Notes under the pieces: model-generated | What the model saw: the letters and a program-made list of their open reading frames with translations, nothing else | Told to the model about the DNA's origin: nothing | Databases searched by the model: none | Program-made: the position numbers and the translations under genes | Shown: positions 1 through 10,757 of the stretch, piece after piece | Layout: each line of letters starts with the position of its first letter | Numbering within the stretch: position 1 is the stretch's first letter | Assembly (NCBI GenBank): GCA_030704615.1 | Contig: CM060732.1 | Span: forward strand, 32,860,001 to 32,924,000 | From: Takakia lepidozioides | Lineage: Eukaryota > Plantae > Bryophyta | DNA length: 64,000 bases | Reading direction: 5' to 3'

Positions 1-186
1 CTAAGTCCTCCACCACTATCCCTACTACACTCAAACTCGATAGATCAAGAGGCCGGGTGCAAGAGTTGCCCCATCGTTAGTCGCCGTCTTGCAACCTGTG
101 AACTTGAGCTTGGGATCTCATGTATTGACTCCTATGAGCTTGGCCTCCCATGTCTTGTTAGCTGCCTCCAGTCATGTCCACTGCCA

Positions 187-328
187 CTATCCCAAGCAGT
201 GTGGACACAACCAATCTCCGTCAGGAACCTTCTCAAGAGGTGGTGTCAAGCATCCCATATGCCAACCCCTTGAGCATCGATCACACACCAGCATGGTGGC
301 TGCCTTTGGCAGACCCACAGAGCATGCA
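187..328 (-). CDS. PHD finger (C4HC3) at the C-terminus of integrase, frameshifted
   Basis: Manual translation: CMLC..., then after a frameshift TMLVCDRCSRGWHMGCLTPPLEKVPDGDWLCPHCLG* (stop 187-189). Confidence 0.88.
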
Positions 329-1820
329 CCTCAAACCTGCAGGTACCACTGCCAAGTTTAGGGTCAACTCTGCCATCGACATTGGGAAGGTGACATGGCG
401 CACAATTACGCACATGGTCCTTCCAAGTCATGCCATCCCGACCCTCCAAGATCAGGACCCCTGAGGGCAACACCTCTCGAACCCTCAGAATAACACGCCC
501 TGCAGTAACATCCAGAGTCATAAGAGCAGTCTGCTGCAAATAAACATAGTCACCAGGGCTAAACCTCCGAACCCCAGGACGATATCCTCTACCACGTATA
601 GTGGCATACCTCAACGTATCACGGTGCTGTGCAATGGCAAGGTTCTCAAAAGCCATGGGCATGACTTTCTTGAACAACTCTGCACGCTGATCACATGCAC
701 GTACCCACACGTCCGGATCGTCAAGGTTAAGGACTTGAGCAGTGTCCCTACGAATGGCTGCAGGCAAATCCGGCTCTCGGCCAAAGAGAAGGAAATATGG
801 TGAGAAGGAGGCAAGTGATGCTTGTTTGCTGAACCTGTAGCCCATGACTAACCAAGGAACCTGAAGATCCCAATCTCCTAGGTGTCCCTTTTGCAAGCCA
901 TACTTGCGCAAATCCCTCTTCACCGTCTGAACAACTCTCTCTGCTAAGCCATCAGCCTCAGGATGATCCCGAGAAGTGGTGCGGTGGTCTATCAAGGCTT
1001 TATCACACAAAGCCTGAAACTCCCCCAAGAACTCTCTCCCTTGGTCCGTGAGTACCTCAGCTGGAGCACCAAATCGGCTAAGCACACGATCCAAGAATGC
1101 ATACGCAGCCCCCTCACTAGCCTTGTCAGGCAATGGAACCAACTCAATCCACTTGGAGAAGTGCTCCACCATCACCAACACATATCTATGGTGGCGCATA
1201 GTCAGTGGCAACGGTCCTGCAAAGTCAAGACTCCACCTGTAGCCCAATCCCATGATTGGTAAAACATGCAACTGTGGTGTAGGGGTGTTGAATGAAGCAC
1301 ACACCCTGTCACACACCATGCACCTAGCCACGAACTGTTGCACCTCTGTATGCATACCACGCCACCAATACTGCCCTTGCAATAAACTGTGAGTGCGTCG
1401 CACTCCAAAATGCCCCAACTCCTCATGGGCATGCCGCACTAACCGTGCACGCTGTGTGGGGTGAGGCACAATCCTCACCCGACCATCCTCCCACACTCGA
1501 AGTAGGTGTATCCCCTCCCACTTGAACCTCTTGGCTCGTTGCAAGATCCGATCCCTCTCCCTGGCAGTCACAGTGGCTGTCGTGTCTCCCGTGCGGAGGT
1601 AGTCCAACACAGCCGAATCCTCATGTATATCTCTGGCACCACCTGGCTCATCACTAGCCTCAGGGTCCTCAGACATTCCATCTACAGTCATCCCTGTTGT
1701 AGGTCCAACCTGACCTCCCGATGCCAAGATACACAAAAATGCAGATGCGTGCCATCCCGACACCATCTCCTCGTCCGTCTCACCATGCCACCGAGCTCCA
1801 GTGTCATCCTGCTGGCTCAT
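329..1820 (-). CDS. Retrotransposon integrase
   Basis: HHCC zinc motif (AHEELGHFG...CMVC); catalytic DDE in WSLDFAGP, LTDQGREF, DGLAERVV. Confidence 0.95.
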
Positions 1821-3295
1821 GCATGGATTGCACTCAATCCATCCGCATCCCGATTGACCAAACCCGGTCGATGCACAACCTGAAAGTCATACTCCTGGAG
1901 TATGAGTGCCCACCGTGCAAGCTTCTCCGTAAGCTTGTCTGACAACCACTTGAGTGGTTGGTGATCCGTGACAAAGGTGAAAAGATTGCCGTATAGATAG
2001 CACCTGAAGTGTGCCACGGCCCACACTGCAGCTAAGCACTCTCCCTCATATGAGTTGTACTTAGCCTCTGCAGTGTTGTTCGAATGGCTAGCATAAGCCA
2101 CTACGAACTCTCTTCCCTCATCATCCACCTGTGTGAGCACCGCTCCAAGCCCCAGCATGCTCCAATCCGTATGCAGCTGAAAGGGACGCCCCCTGATAGG
2201 TCGTCTCAGGATAGGCGCCGAGGTCAACCTCGCCTTGAGCTCTTGAAAGCTCGTTCCTGCTCATCTTCCCACTGCCACTCCTCCACCTTGGTCAGCTTGG
2301 TTAGAGCCTTTGCAATGGTACTAAATCCCTTGACAAACCGTCTATAATAGTTTGCCAACCCCATGAAAGCTCGAACTCGGCTCACATCCGTGGGGCGTGG
2401 AATTTGTGCAATGGCCTCTACCTTAGTCTGCTGTACCCCCAATCCTCCAGGATATATCATGTGACCCAGATACTCAATCTGGTTGTGGAAAAACTTGCAC
2501 TTCCCCGATGCAACTTCAATCCGTGCGCTCTCAAGCGCTCCAATACCACCTGAAGGTGTCTCTCATGCTCCTCCATCGTAACACTAAAGATGATGATGTC
2601 ATCTATGTAGCACCGAGCAAAGTCCACCCCTGCTAGAATCCTATCCATGACTCTCTGAAACTCTGCAGGAGCATTCTTAAGCCCAAATGGTAAGAACCGC
2701 CACTGATATAGGCAATCCTTCCCGTGCTCATTGATCCCCCAGAATGTCGTCTTCTGCTTGTCCGCCTCCTTGATTGGCAACTGGTGATATCCGGATCGTA
2801 AATCCAAAGTGCTAAAGACCTTAGCATGCCCGATGGCATCAAAGATCTCCTCTGGTGTTGGCATGGCATACTTATCGGACTTGGTCTGACGATTTACAGG
2901 CCGGTAATCACCGCACATACGTCTCTCCGTCCAATTGCCATAGACATCCTTCTTGGCTGGCATCACTGTGGCTGAAGCATACTCTCCACCAAAGAGCCCA
3001 CCAAACCTGCCTCCCAGAGATCTTGAGTCCTCATCTGAATCAAAGACCTCTCCATGTCACTGTATCTATAGGGTCTCCGAAAGATTGGCGTGTCAGTGGC
3101 CAACTCAATACGGATCTCTTGACCCTTCAGTGCTCCCAAGTCCTTCAAACTGAAGGCAAAACAATTCCTGTAAGCCCTCAGGAACCGCCGTATACGTCGT
3201 CTCTCTCCTCCGGTGACAATGGGTCCAATGTCAGGCTCCCAATTGTCCTCTGTAACTGCAACCTTAAGTCCAGTGGGCTTAGAGGTAGAGGACAA
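1817..3295 (-). CDS. Reverse transcriptase and RNase H, split by frameshifts
   Basis: RRMCGDYRPVN, LDLRSGYHQ, LPFGLKNAP, YIDD; RNase H motifs LHTDWSMLGLGAVL, YEGECLAAVWAV, TDHQPLKWL, DADGLS. Confidence 0.95.
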
Positions 3296-3619
3296 GTCCA
3301 GTGGTTGCTATGTTGCAACCTCTTGAGCAGTACTCCCTACTTGCTCAGTCAGTGACAAGGCCTCATCTTGCCCCATCATCTCATCCTCAATGACTTCCTC
3401 CACTCGAGAAAAATCCCCAACCTCATCTTTCATTGCCACCTTGGCTGCCAACTCCCTCTGAACCTCGAGCACCTCCCATGTGTGCCATGGATGCCTGCAC
3501 CCCGTGGTCCTCACATGCTCGCCCCCACTCACTGCCTGTACCGTCTCGGTAGGCAGAGAGACCATCGAGAGAAGTGTACTCCGCACTCTGCGTTGCTCAG
3601 CCCTAGCCAAGCTGATAAT

Positions 3620-4570
3620 CCAGGTCAAGCAATTGAGATCCATTGCTTGCCCCAACACTTGAGGACGTGATGCCTCAGAAAGAGACGACACCGCCGTGGT
3701 ACCAGTGGTAAAATCCATTGCCCGCTCACGCTCGTCAGCATTAGGCTCCACTAACTGCTGCAACTGAGCATCCCACAGGAGGCCAGGTCCACTATCCCAG
3801 AAAACATGCAATCCTGGGAAGCTGAGCAGTGTAGGTAATGCTGCTCGTGGTTGACCCACCTTGTTGACCACTGCCAAAGACAAACAGTCATCATGTCTCA
3901 CACACTGAGACTGCCTCCCTGTGTCCAGAATGCTATCCACTGTGAGATGTGCTGGCCGCTGCACCCCATCAAACGCACGCTTGAGCAGTGCGGGTGCATC
4001 AAGTTAGTCCACCATAGCCGTGGACGATGAGCCCGTGACCCCACTGTAGCTGCATCTAGCAACACTGCTGACCCAAGCCACGACCGGACTTGATGCACAC
4101 TGGCCATCACCCTGGCCCGAGAATCGCCCATCAGTGGCACATTCTCCAAGATGTATGCTGGAGATACAGCTTGATGAAGCTGCAAGTGGCGCAAAACCCG
4201 CACCATCTCCCAAAACAGACCCGACCTCGAGTCTCGCAATCCATTGCCATGCCCGGCTGATGAATGCCCTTGGCAGGGCCAACCTGCCACTACCAGATCA
4301 ATGGAGCCAACCCGCTCCAAATCCTGCGCCCCCAGCAACGAAATGTCTGCTGGCAAGGCCTGCTGATATCCACGAATTGCAGACACTGACAACAACTCAG
4401 GGTACCGCTGCACCAACTGAGCAACATGGCAAAGTGAAACGCGTCATGCAGTCTCATCCCTCTCCACATACAGGTAACGCCGAACTCGTACACCTGCCTG
4501 TAACACAGCAGCCAATCCGGTGCTGATCCCGCCAAACAAGTCCAGAAGACAAATGCCTTCATCCGGATAC
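3620..4570 (-). CDS. C5-cytosine DNA methyltransferase domain (DNMT3-like) inside the pol polyprotein, frameshifted
   Basis: Motif I LLDLFGGISTGL (~4520-4550), II YLYVERD, IV DLVVAGWPCQG (PCQ 4270-4278), VI YILENV, VIII AHRPRLWWTNL, IX ERERAMDF, X QVLGQAMD (~3640-3665). DNMT3 counterparts are LFDGIATG, GGSPCN, AHRARYFWGNL. Confidence 0.9.
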
Positions 4571-4859
4571 TGCCACACAATAGGTGTGGTGTCCAATGGA
4601 GACAACTGAGGTGGTCCTGGTGCAATCCCCGCAGGCTTGTTGCACCCATCGATCAGCATCCCGCTGCAAATCCTTGCTCGTGCCCCACAATGGAGTCTGA
4701 GCAACCATGGTAGGCAACTCCGCCATACCATACATGTCATCCTGCTCTCCCGGAGGTGGCACATCCTCTGAATGAGCGTTGCCCTCAAGCAACTCTCTAG
4801 GCCAACTCACTGCCGCTATGAATGCTGCTAGTGTCGGCATCTTGCCTCGCTGGGCAACC

Positions 4860-5300
4860 GCAACTCCTCCTATGAACGTCACAGGGAGCTGCACACGCCG
4901 TCCCTCCCCTGACTGCCATGCAGGCCTATAGGAAGCTGACTCCTCCCAAAAATCTAGGGTAAAGCCCATGGGGTACAACACTGCCCCACCAACCAGGACA
5001 TCGTATGAGACCGCGTCTGTCACAATGGCCTTGGCTCGCATCACTGAGCCATCTGTAGGGTGATCCGGCCGTAGTCTGATAGCCAACTCATGCCGTGTCA
5101 TGCCCCAAGCCTGCTCCGATCCTCCCAGAGACGTCTGTATCTGGAAAGGACAAGGCTCCATATCTGCCTCCGTGAGGCCCAAGCCTGCAATAGCAGCTCT
5201 GCCCAGCATCAATGGCTGAGCTCCCGAGTCCAACAAGACCCGCAGTGGCCGGCACCTCTTGCCTGCCGGTCCACTCAAACAGAAAATGCCATCCTGGTTG
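4860..5300 (-). CDS. Retroviral-type aspartic protease
   Basis: RVLLDSGAQ catalytic motif and YDVLVGG C-terminal motif in ORF 4559..5869. Confidence 0.88.
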
Positions 5301-5975
5301 TCTAACATGACAACTCCAGGTAGCACCATGGCGCGCTCAATGGCTGGCCTAGCTGGCAGCTCCATCAACCTGGCAGCTGCAGCTTGCCATGGCGCCGCCG
5401 TGGCAGTCTTGACCCTCAAATCCAAGGATCCCTCCGGCACTACACCTCCCACTATCTCCGCAGAAGATGAAGTAACCTCCCCATTCTCACAGAGTGTAGC
5501 TGCCAGCCTGAACACCTCAGCTGGTCTTACCCCCGGCGTCGCAATCATGGTAGCCGAGAACAATGGAGCCTGGCACACAGATGTGGCTGCTCCTAGCAGC
5601 ACACTAGCTATCGTAGCCTTGGCAACACTAGGTAGTGGTGCTACCTGTGTAGCTCTCCCCAATGGCATAGTAACCTCCGCCTCGGTAACAGTCGGGCGAG
5701 AACTAGGTGCCATGGATGGCGTCGACACTGTCTCCGCCAATGTGAATGACTGAGGAAGCCTAGCCTGATGACTTGCCTCCCCACGCTGTGGATCCAACTC
5801 CACCTCTGCACCTCGTGGCTCACGGCTGCAGCAGACTCCACCTGCACTAGTGGTAGTGCTGATCCACACATGAATCCCATGCCTCCCATATTTCCTCCCT
5901 CAGGAGCAGGAGGTGGACCATCCGGCCTTAGAGCCGGTACCACCTGAGCTGTAGCCATGGCAGCGAGCCTCTGCT

Positions 5976-7433
5976 CTAGCTGCTGAAGCCGGTTGGCCAT
6001 GCCTTGGTCAACACCCTGACCTCCGCGTCCTTGGCCATGTTGAGCTTGCCCTTGCCCTGCACCTCGTGGCTGGCCACCTCGTCCTCTCTGGGCTGCTCCA
6101 CCTCGCCCCCGGCCACCATTGTTCCCTTAGAACTGGCCTGGGCGCAACTCAGGATGCAAACCATAACACTGGGCCTCTCCATGCCCGTGCTTGCCACAAT
6201 GCCCACACTGCAACTGTGTAGGCTGTGCATGTGCCGACCATTTGCCTCCCTCTGGGCAATCCTTCTTGACATGGGGTCCTCCACATGTCCAGCACACCAT
6301 ATCCGCCCGTTGTTGGCTAGCAAATGAAGGGAGAGACCCCTGCATTTGAGGTCCTCTCTGCCCTTCCCTGAGCTTCACCTGAGCCCCCTTGTTGCCTTGA
6401 GCACGTTGAGGTAGTGGTTGGCTAGGAGCACCACTACCCCGTGGTGTCTCCTTAGCAAATCCCACCATGACCACTCGTTCCTCCACCATGTTGAGCTCTA
6501 TCCGCTCTGCCAGCAAAAACACATTTGCTAAGGTGGGTTGGGTCGCTTGTAGGAGAGTTGCATCCCGCACCCTTCTCCTCAGCTCCTTGTCCAATATCCC
6601 ATATCAGAATTGGACTGCCTGAGCTTCCGTAACCCCTTGGGTTACATTTATCAAGCGCCTCATGCGAGTGAAAGCCTCCCTCAAGCTCTCGGTCGGCTTC
6701 CGTTGGAACTCTTGCAAGCTCCGCAACTTCTCTGTCCTCACCCCTTGGTAGTTCCCTCTCAACTCTTCGAAGAACTCCACAACAGGGTTGAAGGCAGGCA
6801 CGAGTACTAGTGTTGGTGCGGTAGTGGCTTGGGTGGACGTCGTAGCTACTGTACCACCAGTCCCACTAGTCCCACTGCTACTTGCTGAAGCGGTCGGTGC
6901 AGCGGCAGGTGTAGTCACTGCCCTCGTGGCTCTAGTGCCCCTAGTGATGGAGACATAGTCGGGTGACCAGTACATCCTCTACTCCTCGATCTCAACCTCA
7001 TGCCCCTGCCTGAACTCATGGTAATCATCCATAGGCGGTCCCTCAAGGTGTTGAAACAGCCCCTTCCATGCCATGAAAGGCGTAAATAGTTGTGGATTGC
7101 GCATTTGCTGCAAATCATACCAACTATCAAACTCTTGGATAAAATCATCCAACTCGATGGTGCCCACCGCCCCAGAGTACCTTCGTGGCCCTTTGATAGC
7201 TCCATACATCTCCTCCATTGTGTCCCACAACAATGACAAAGAAACAACTTGCACCGCCGGTATGAGTCCTCCTGATTCACAATCCGAATCAGAACCTTCC
7301 GTAGAAGACACAGGAGGTGAAGGTGGCCTAAACCGCACACCTCGTCTCGTATACCCACTAGTATCGCTAGTGCTCGAACCGGCACTGTCCCCAGCAACTA
7401 GTGGCACCTCCGTGTTGACACTCAACCGGTCAT
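5976..7433 (-). pseudogene. gag with two zinc knuckles, interrupted by stops and frameshifts
   Basis: FQRKPTESLREAFTRMRRL (major-homology-region-like); CWTCGGPHVKKDC and CGHCGKHGHGEAQC knuckles. Confidence 0.85.
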
Positions 7434-8089
7434 GAACATGTTCCTAACCCCTTCTCCACAAGGTAACCGGATAGAGAACCTATTGCGGCTTATGGTTTGG
7501 AATACTAAGTTCCTAACATAGCCTACACCTGTACCTGCATCCACCGCAAGCACTCCTATGGTTGGCTGGTCATCACCTCCAACCTCACCACATGAGAAAC
7601 AATGATGGTCTGGCTGGTCATCACCCCAGCCTCACCATCGACAGCATGCTCTAGGACTGGGCGGTGATCAAATCCGGACCAATCACCTATAAAAACAAGC
7701 GCCCACACAAAACTAGCATGGCACACAGTCAAGCATGCAGGTATGGAGGGGATCCAAACACAAGAAATCAGAACGACAACTCCCCCACACCAAAAACAAC
7801 TCCACGGTGTTGCTCCTGCAAGGACACCCCAGCCCAAACCCAGACTGACTCTTGCCTCCATCTACGGAAAGGTCTTGGCCTAGTGAGAGGGTGGAAACTA
7901 CGAGGAAGAGAAGCTAAAGCAATGCCTAACCCCAGAATGCCCTCATCCCAACACTCTTCCTCTCATCTCTTCCCTCACTTGCATGACCATGGGAATATCA
8001 TGAAGATACTCCTCAAACCGCCCTCCACGAGCTTCAAAATTCGGCCTTCAAGACCACATATCAGTCCTTAGGTAGTCCACCAGTGCCTC

Positions 8090-8830
8090 CACGAGTCAGC
8101 ACAGGCCGTCCACAGGTCAACACGGGCCACCACAGACCAGCACAGGCCCACACAGCTCACAGGCCACAACCTGTCACAGCCCTACACAGGTCACAGGGTC
8201 ACAGCCCCATAGGCCGCAGCATGTCACAGCCCCAAAGGCCACATGTCACAGCCTGTCACAACCCATCACAACCACAAAGGCCACAGGCACAGCCTGCCAC
8301 AGCCCTACAAAGGTCACAGGGTCACAGCCCCAAAGGCCGCAGCCTATCGCAGCCCCTCACAGCCCCATAGGCCACAGGGCACAGCCTGTCACAGCCCAAC
8401 ACAGCCTATCACAGCCCCTCACAGCCCGTCACAGCCCCACAGGCCACTAGGCACAGCCTGTCACAGCCTCTCACAGCCCGTCACAGCCCCAAAGGCCAGG
8501 GGCGCAGCCCGTCACAGCCCGTCACAGCCCCAAAAGGCCACCGGCACAGCCCTTCACAGCCCATCACAGCCCCCAAGGCCACCGGCGCAGCCCGTCATAG
8601 GCCCTCACAGCCCGTCACAGCCCCGAAGGCCACCGGCACAGGCCCTCACAGGCCCTCACAGCCCGTGACAGCCCCGAAGGCCACCGGTGCACCCGTGACA
8701 GCCCCTCACAGCCCCTCACAGCCCCGAAGGCCACCGGCGCAGCCCGGCACAGCCCCCAAGGCCACCGGCACAGCCCCTCACAGCCCCTCACTGCCCCCAA
8801 GGCCACAGGGACAGCCCCTCACAGCCCCAT
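8090..8830. repeat. Degenerate minisatellite of (TC)ACAGCCC and AGGCCAC units in the 5' leader of element A
   Basis: Dozens of tcacagccc and aggccac motifs in irregular tandem. Confidence 0.9.
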
Positions 8831-8879
8831 CCATGGCCGCTCTGGCAGTTTAGCCATTTCTCCAAGAGGTTTAGCCACG

Positions 8880-8973
8880 CCGAGCTAGGGTTTGTGTCTC
8901 TTGGACTCTAGGCTTCTTTCCACCGAGCTAGGGTTTGTGTCTCTTGGACTCTAGGCTTCTTTCCACCGAGCTA
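8880..8973. repeat. 43-bp tandem duplication
   Basis: ccgagctagggtttgtgtctcttggactctaggcttctttcca at 8880 and 8923; a third start at 8966. Confidence 0.9.
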
Positions 8974-10440
8974 TGGCGGCTGTGAGGAAATCAACAAGGT
9001 ATTCTTGCTCTTTCGGCTCCCACACACCACCATAGTAGCCCTAAGCCATGAGGTGGTTGCCACAAACCAAGCCTTCTTTCTCACTTAGCCTCCCCAAACA
9101 TGCCACTAAACTCAATGGCAAACAACCAAGCCCTGCTGGTTCCCAGCCCTTGTGATCACTCATTCAAGCACTCTCCTTGGCCATAGCATCTGTCTTAGAG
9201 CCTATTCCAGCCCCCTACACCTGCTGCTTCAAGAGTTGCGCTCCCTTCAAGCTTGAAGTTGAAACCCCAACTCACATAGGCCCTACAAGTGCTTTTCTTT
9301 CACTCCAAGTGGAAACCAGCCCTAGACCTTCCGTTCTAGCTCTCTAAGGCTTGAAAACAAGAGCCTCAATGGGCTGAAGGCATGCTCCACACATGCCCCA
9401 CTCTCACCATAAGAGAATCAGCTCCTTTGCTTCATTTCTTGCACCCACAAACCTGAAAATACAAGCTTCAGCAGGCTGAAAGCATGCTCCACATGCCCTA
9501 CAGGGAAACCAGCCCCTTCCTTCCTTTCTTGCACTCCCACACCTGAAAGTGCAAGCCTTCACCAGGCTGATAGCATGCTCCACACATGCATTGCCCTCAC
9601 ATAAGGGAAGTCAGCCCTTCCCTCTTCCTTGCTTGCCCTCCAAGCTTGAAGATGGAAGCTTCAATGAGCTGAATACATGCTCCACACATGCAACCTCTTC
9701 ACACAAGAGATATCAGCCCCCTATCTTGGCTCCTTGGCTCCTTGAAGCTCTCTAAGACAAGACTAAGCACTCCACAGCCCTTGCCAAGCTCCTGAAACCC
9801 TAAGGCTAACATTTCCAGCCACAAGACACTCTTCTTGTGGTGCAAGAACTTTTCTTCCAAGCTCTGAAACCCTAGGTGCACATTACATGGCCTTGCCGCA
9901 CCTCTTAGCTCCTGTTCCAGCCCCGCTCTTGCCATGGCAAGAGCCCTCATACCGCTGGAGTTTCAGATTGAAACCCCCAACTCAACATAGCCACAAATGC
10001 ATTGGCTTGCATACAAGAGAAATCAGCCATCTCTCTTCACTCATACCTCCTTATGAGCTTGAAGTTGGAGCTCCCGATAACTGTGACTTACATCTAACAC
10101 CCTCGCAGCTCCACATTGCTGCAGCTCCTTAACTTGGCCTGCAGCTGAAGAAGACGACCACCAGTTCACCCACTCGAGACCAGCATCTCCCCCGCTTCAC
10201 ACTAGAAGCCCAAACTTGGTTGCCATAGCGTTGAGCTATGCAACGCCGCTCTTCGACGTAGGCTATCCGCCTCTCTATCCATTGCAAACCTGCAACCTGT
10301 TCGCCTTTGCACTCTATCCACTTTGGATAGGCTCATGCACGGATCCCTGCACTCTAGGCTGAACCGCTTCTCATGAAAATACAAGTGCTACAAAACAACT
10401 CGAACCTGGCACTCACAGACTCGAGCTGATCTTTCTCGAG

Positions 10441-10757
10441 TGATAAAGAAGAAGAATACAAGCACGAGCTCACAAATTTGAAGGATAAACTCATGCATAT
10501 ATAACCTCATCACTCAAATACAAGTCAAGCCAAGTGCACCCCACGCCATGGGGAATCCACACTACGGCGCCATAGCTAGGCGCGGTGAGGCTCAACTCGA
10601 GAAAGATGAGCCTCCCGCGCTTGCCGTGAAGATAACCACTCCAGGGCCTAAATCTGCTTTGACCCTTGGATTGACACTTGGGCCAATCCCAAATGTCAAT
10701 ATGTAAAAGCTAGCTATTTCCTAGCTAGTTTCACACTAGTGATAAAATAACTTGACA
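10441..10757 (-). repeat. Putative 5' LTR of element A (317 bp)
   Basis: Minus strand starts TGTCAAG and ends CTTTATCA; TATA-like TATATATG near 10500. The outer flank ACCGG continues into the RNase H codons of element B. No second LTR is in the window to confirm the inner boundary. Confidence 0.65.

Larger units (their letters stand above)
1..10757 (-). mobile_element. Ty3/Gypsy LTR retrotransposon A carrying DNMT3-like methyltransferase and PHD finger (3' LTR lies outside the window)
   Basis: Minus-strand order: LTR (10757-10441), long leader, gag, protease, C5-MTase, RT, RNase H, integrase, PHD. RT-RH-INT order is Gypsy. The TG start at 10757 interrupts the RNase H of element B. Confidence 0.93.

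Noticed and set aside
8083-8853. Pro/Ser/Gln/His-rich ORFs
   Set aside because: They are translations of the ACAGCCC minisatellite, mostly antisense to the element.
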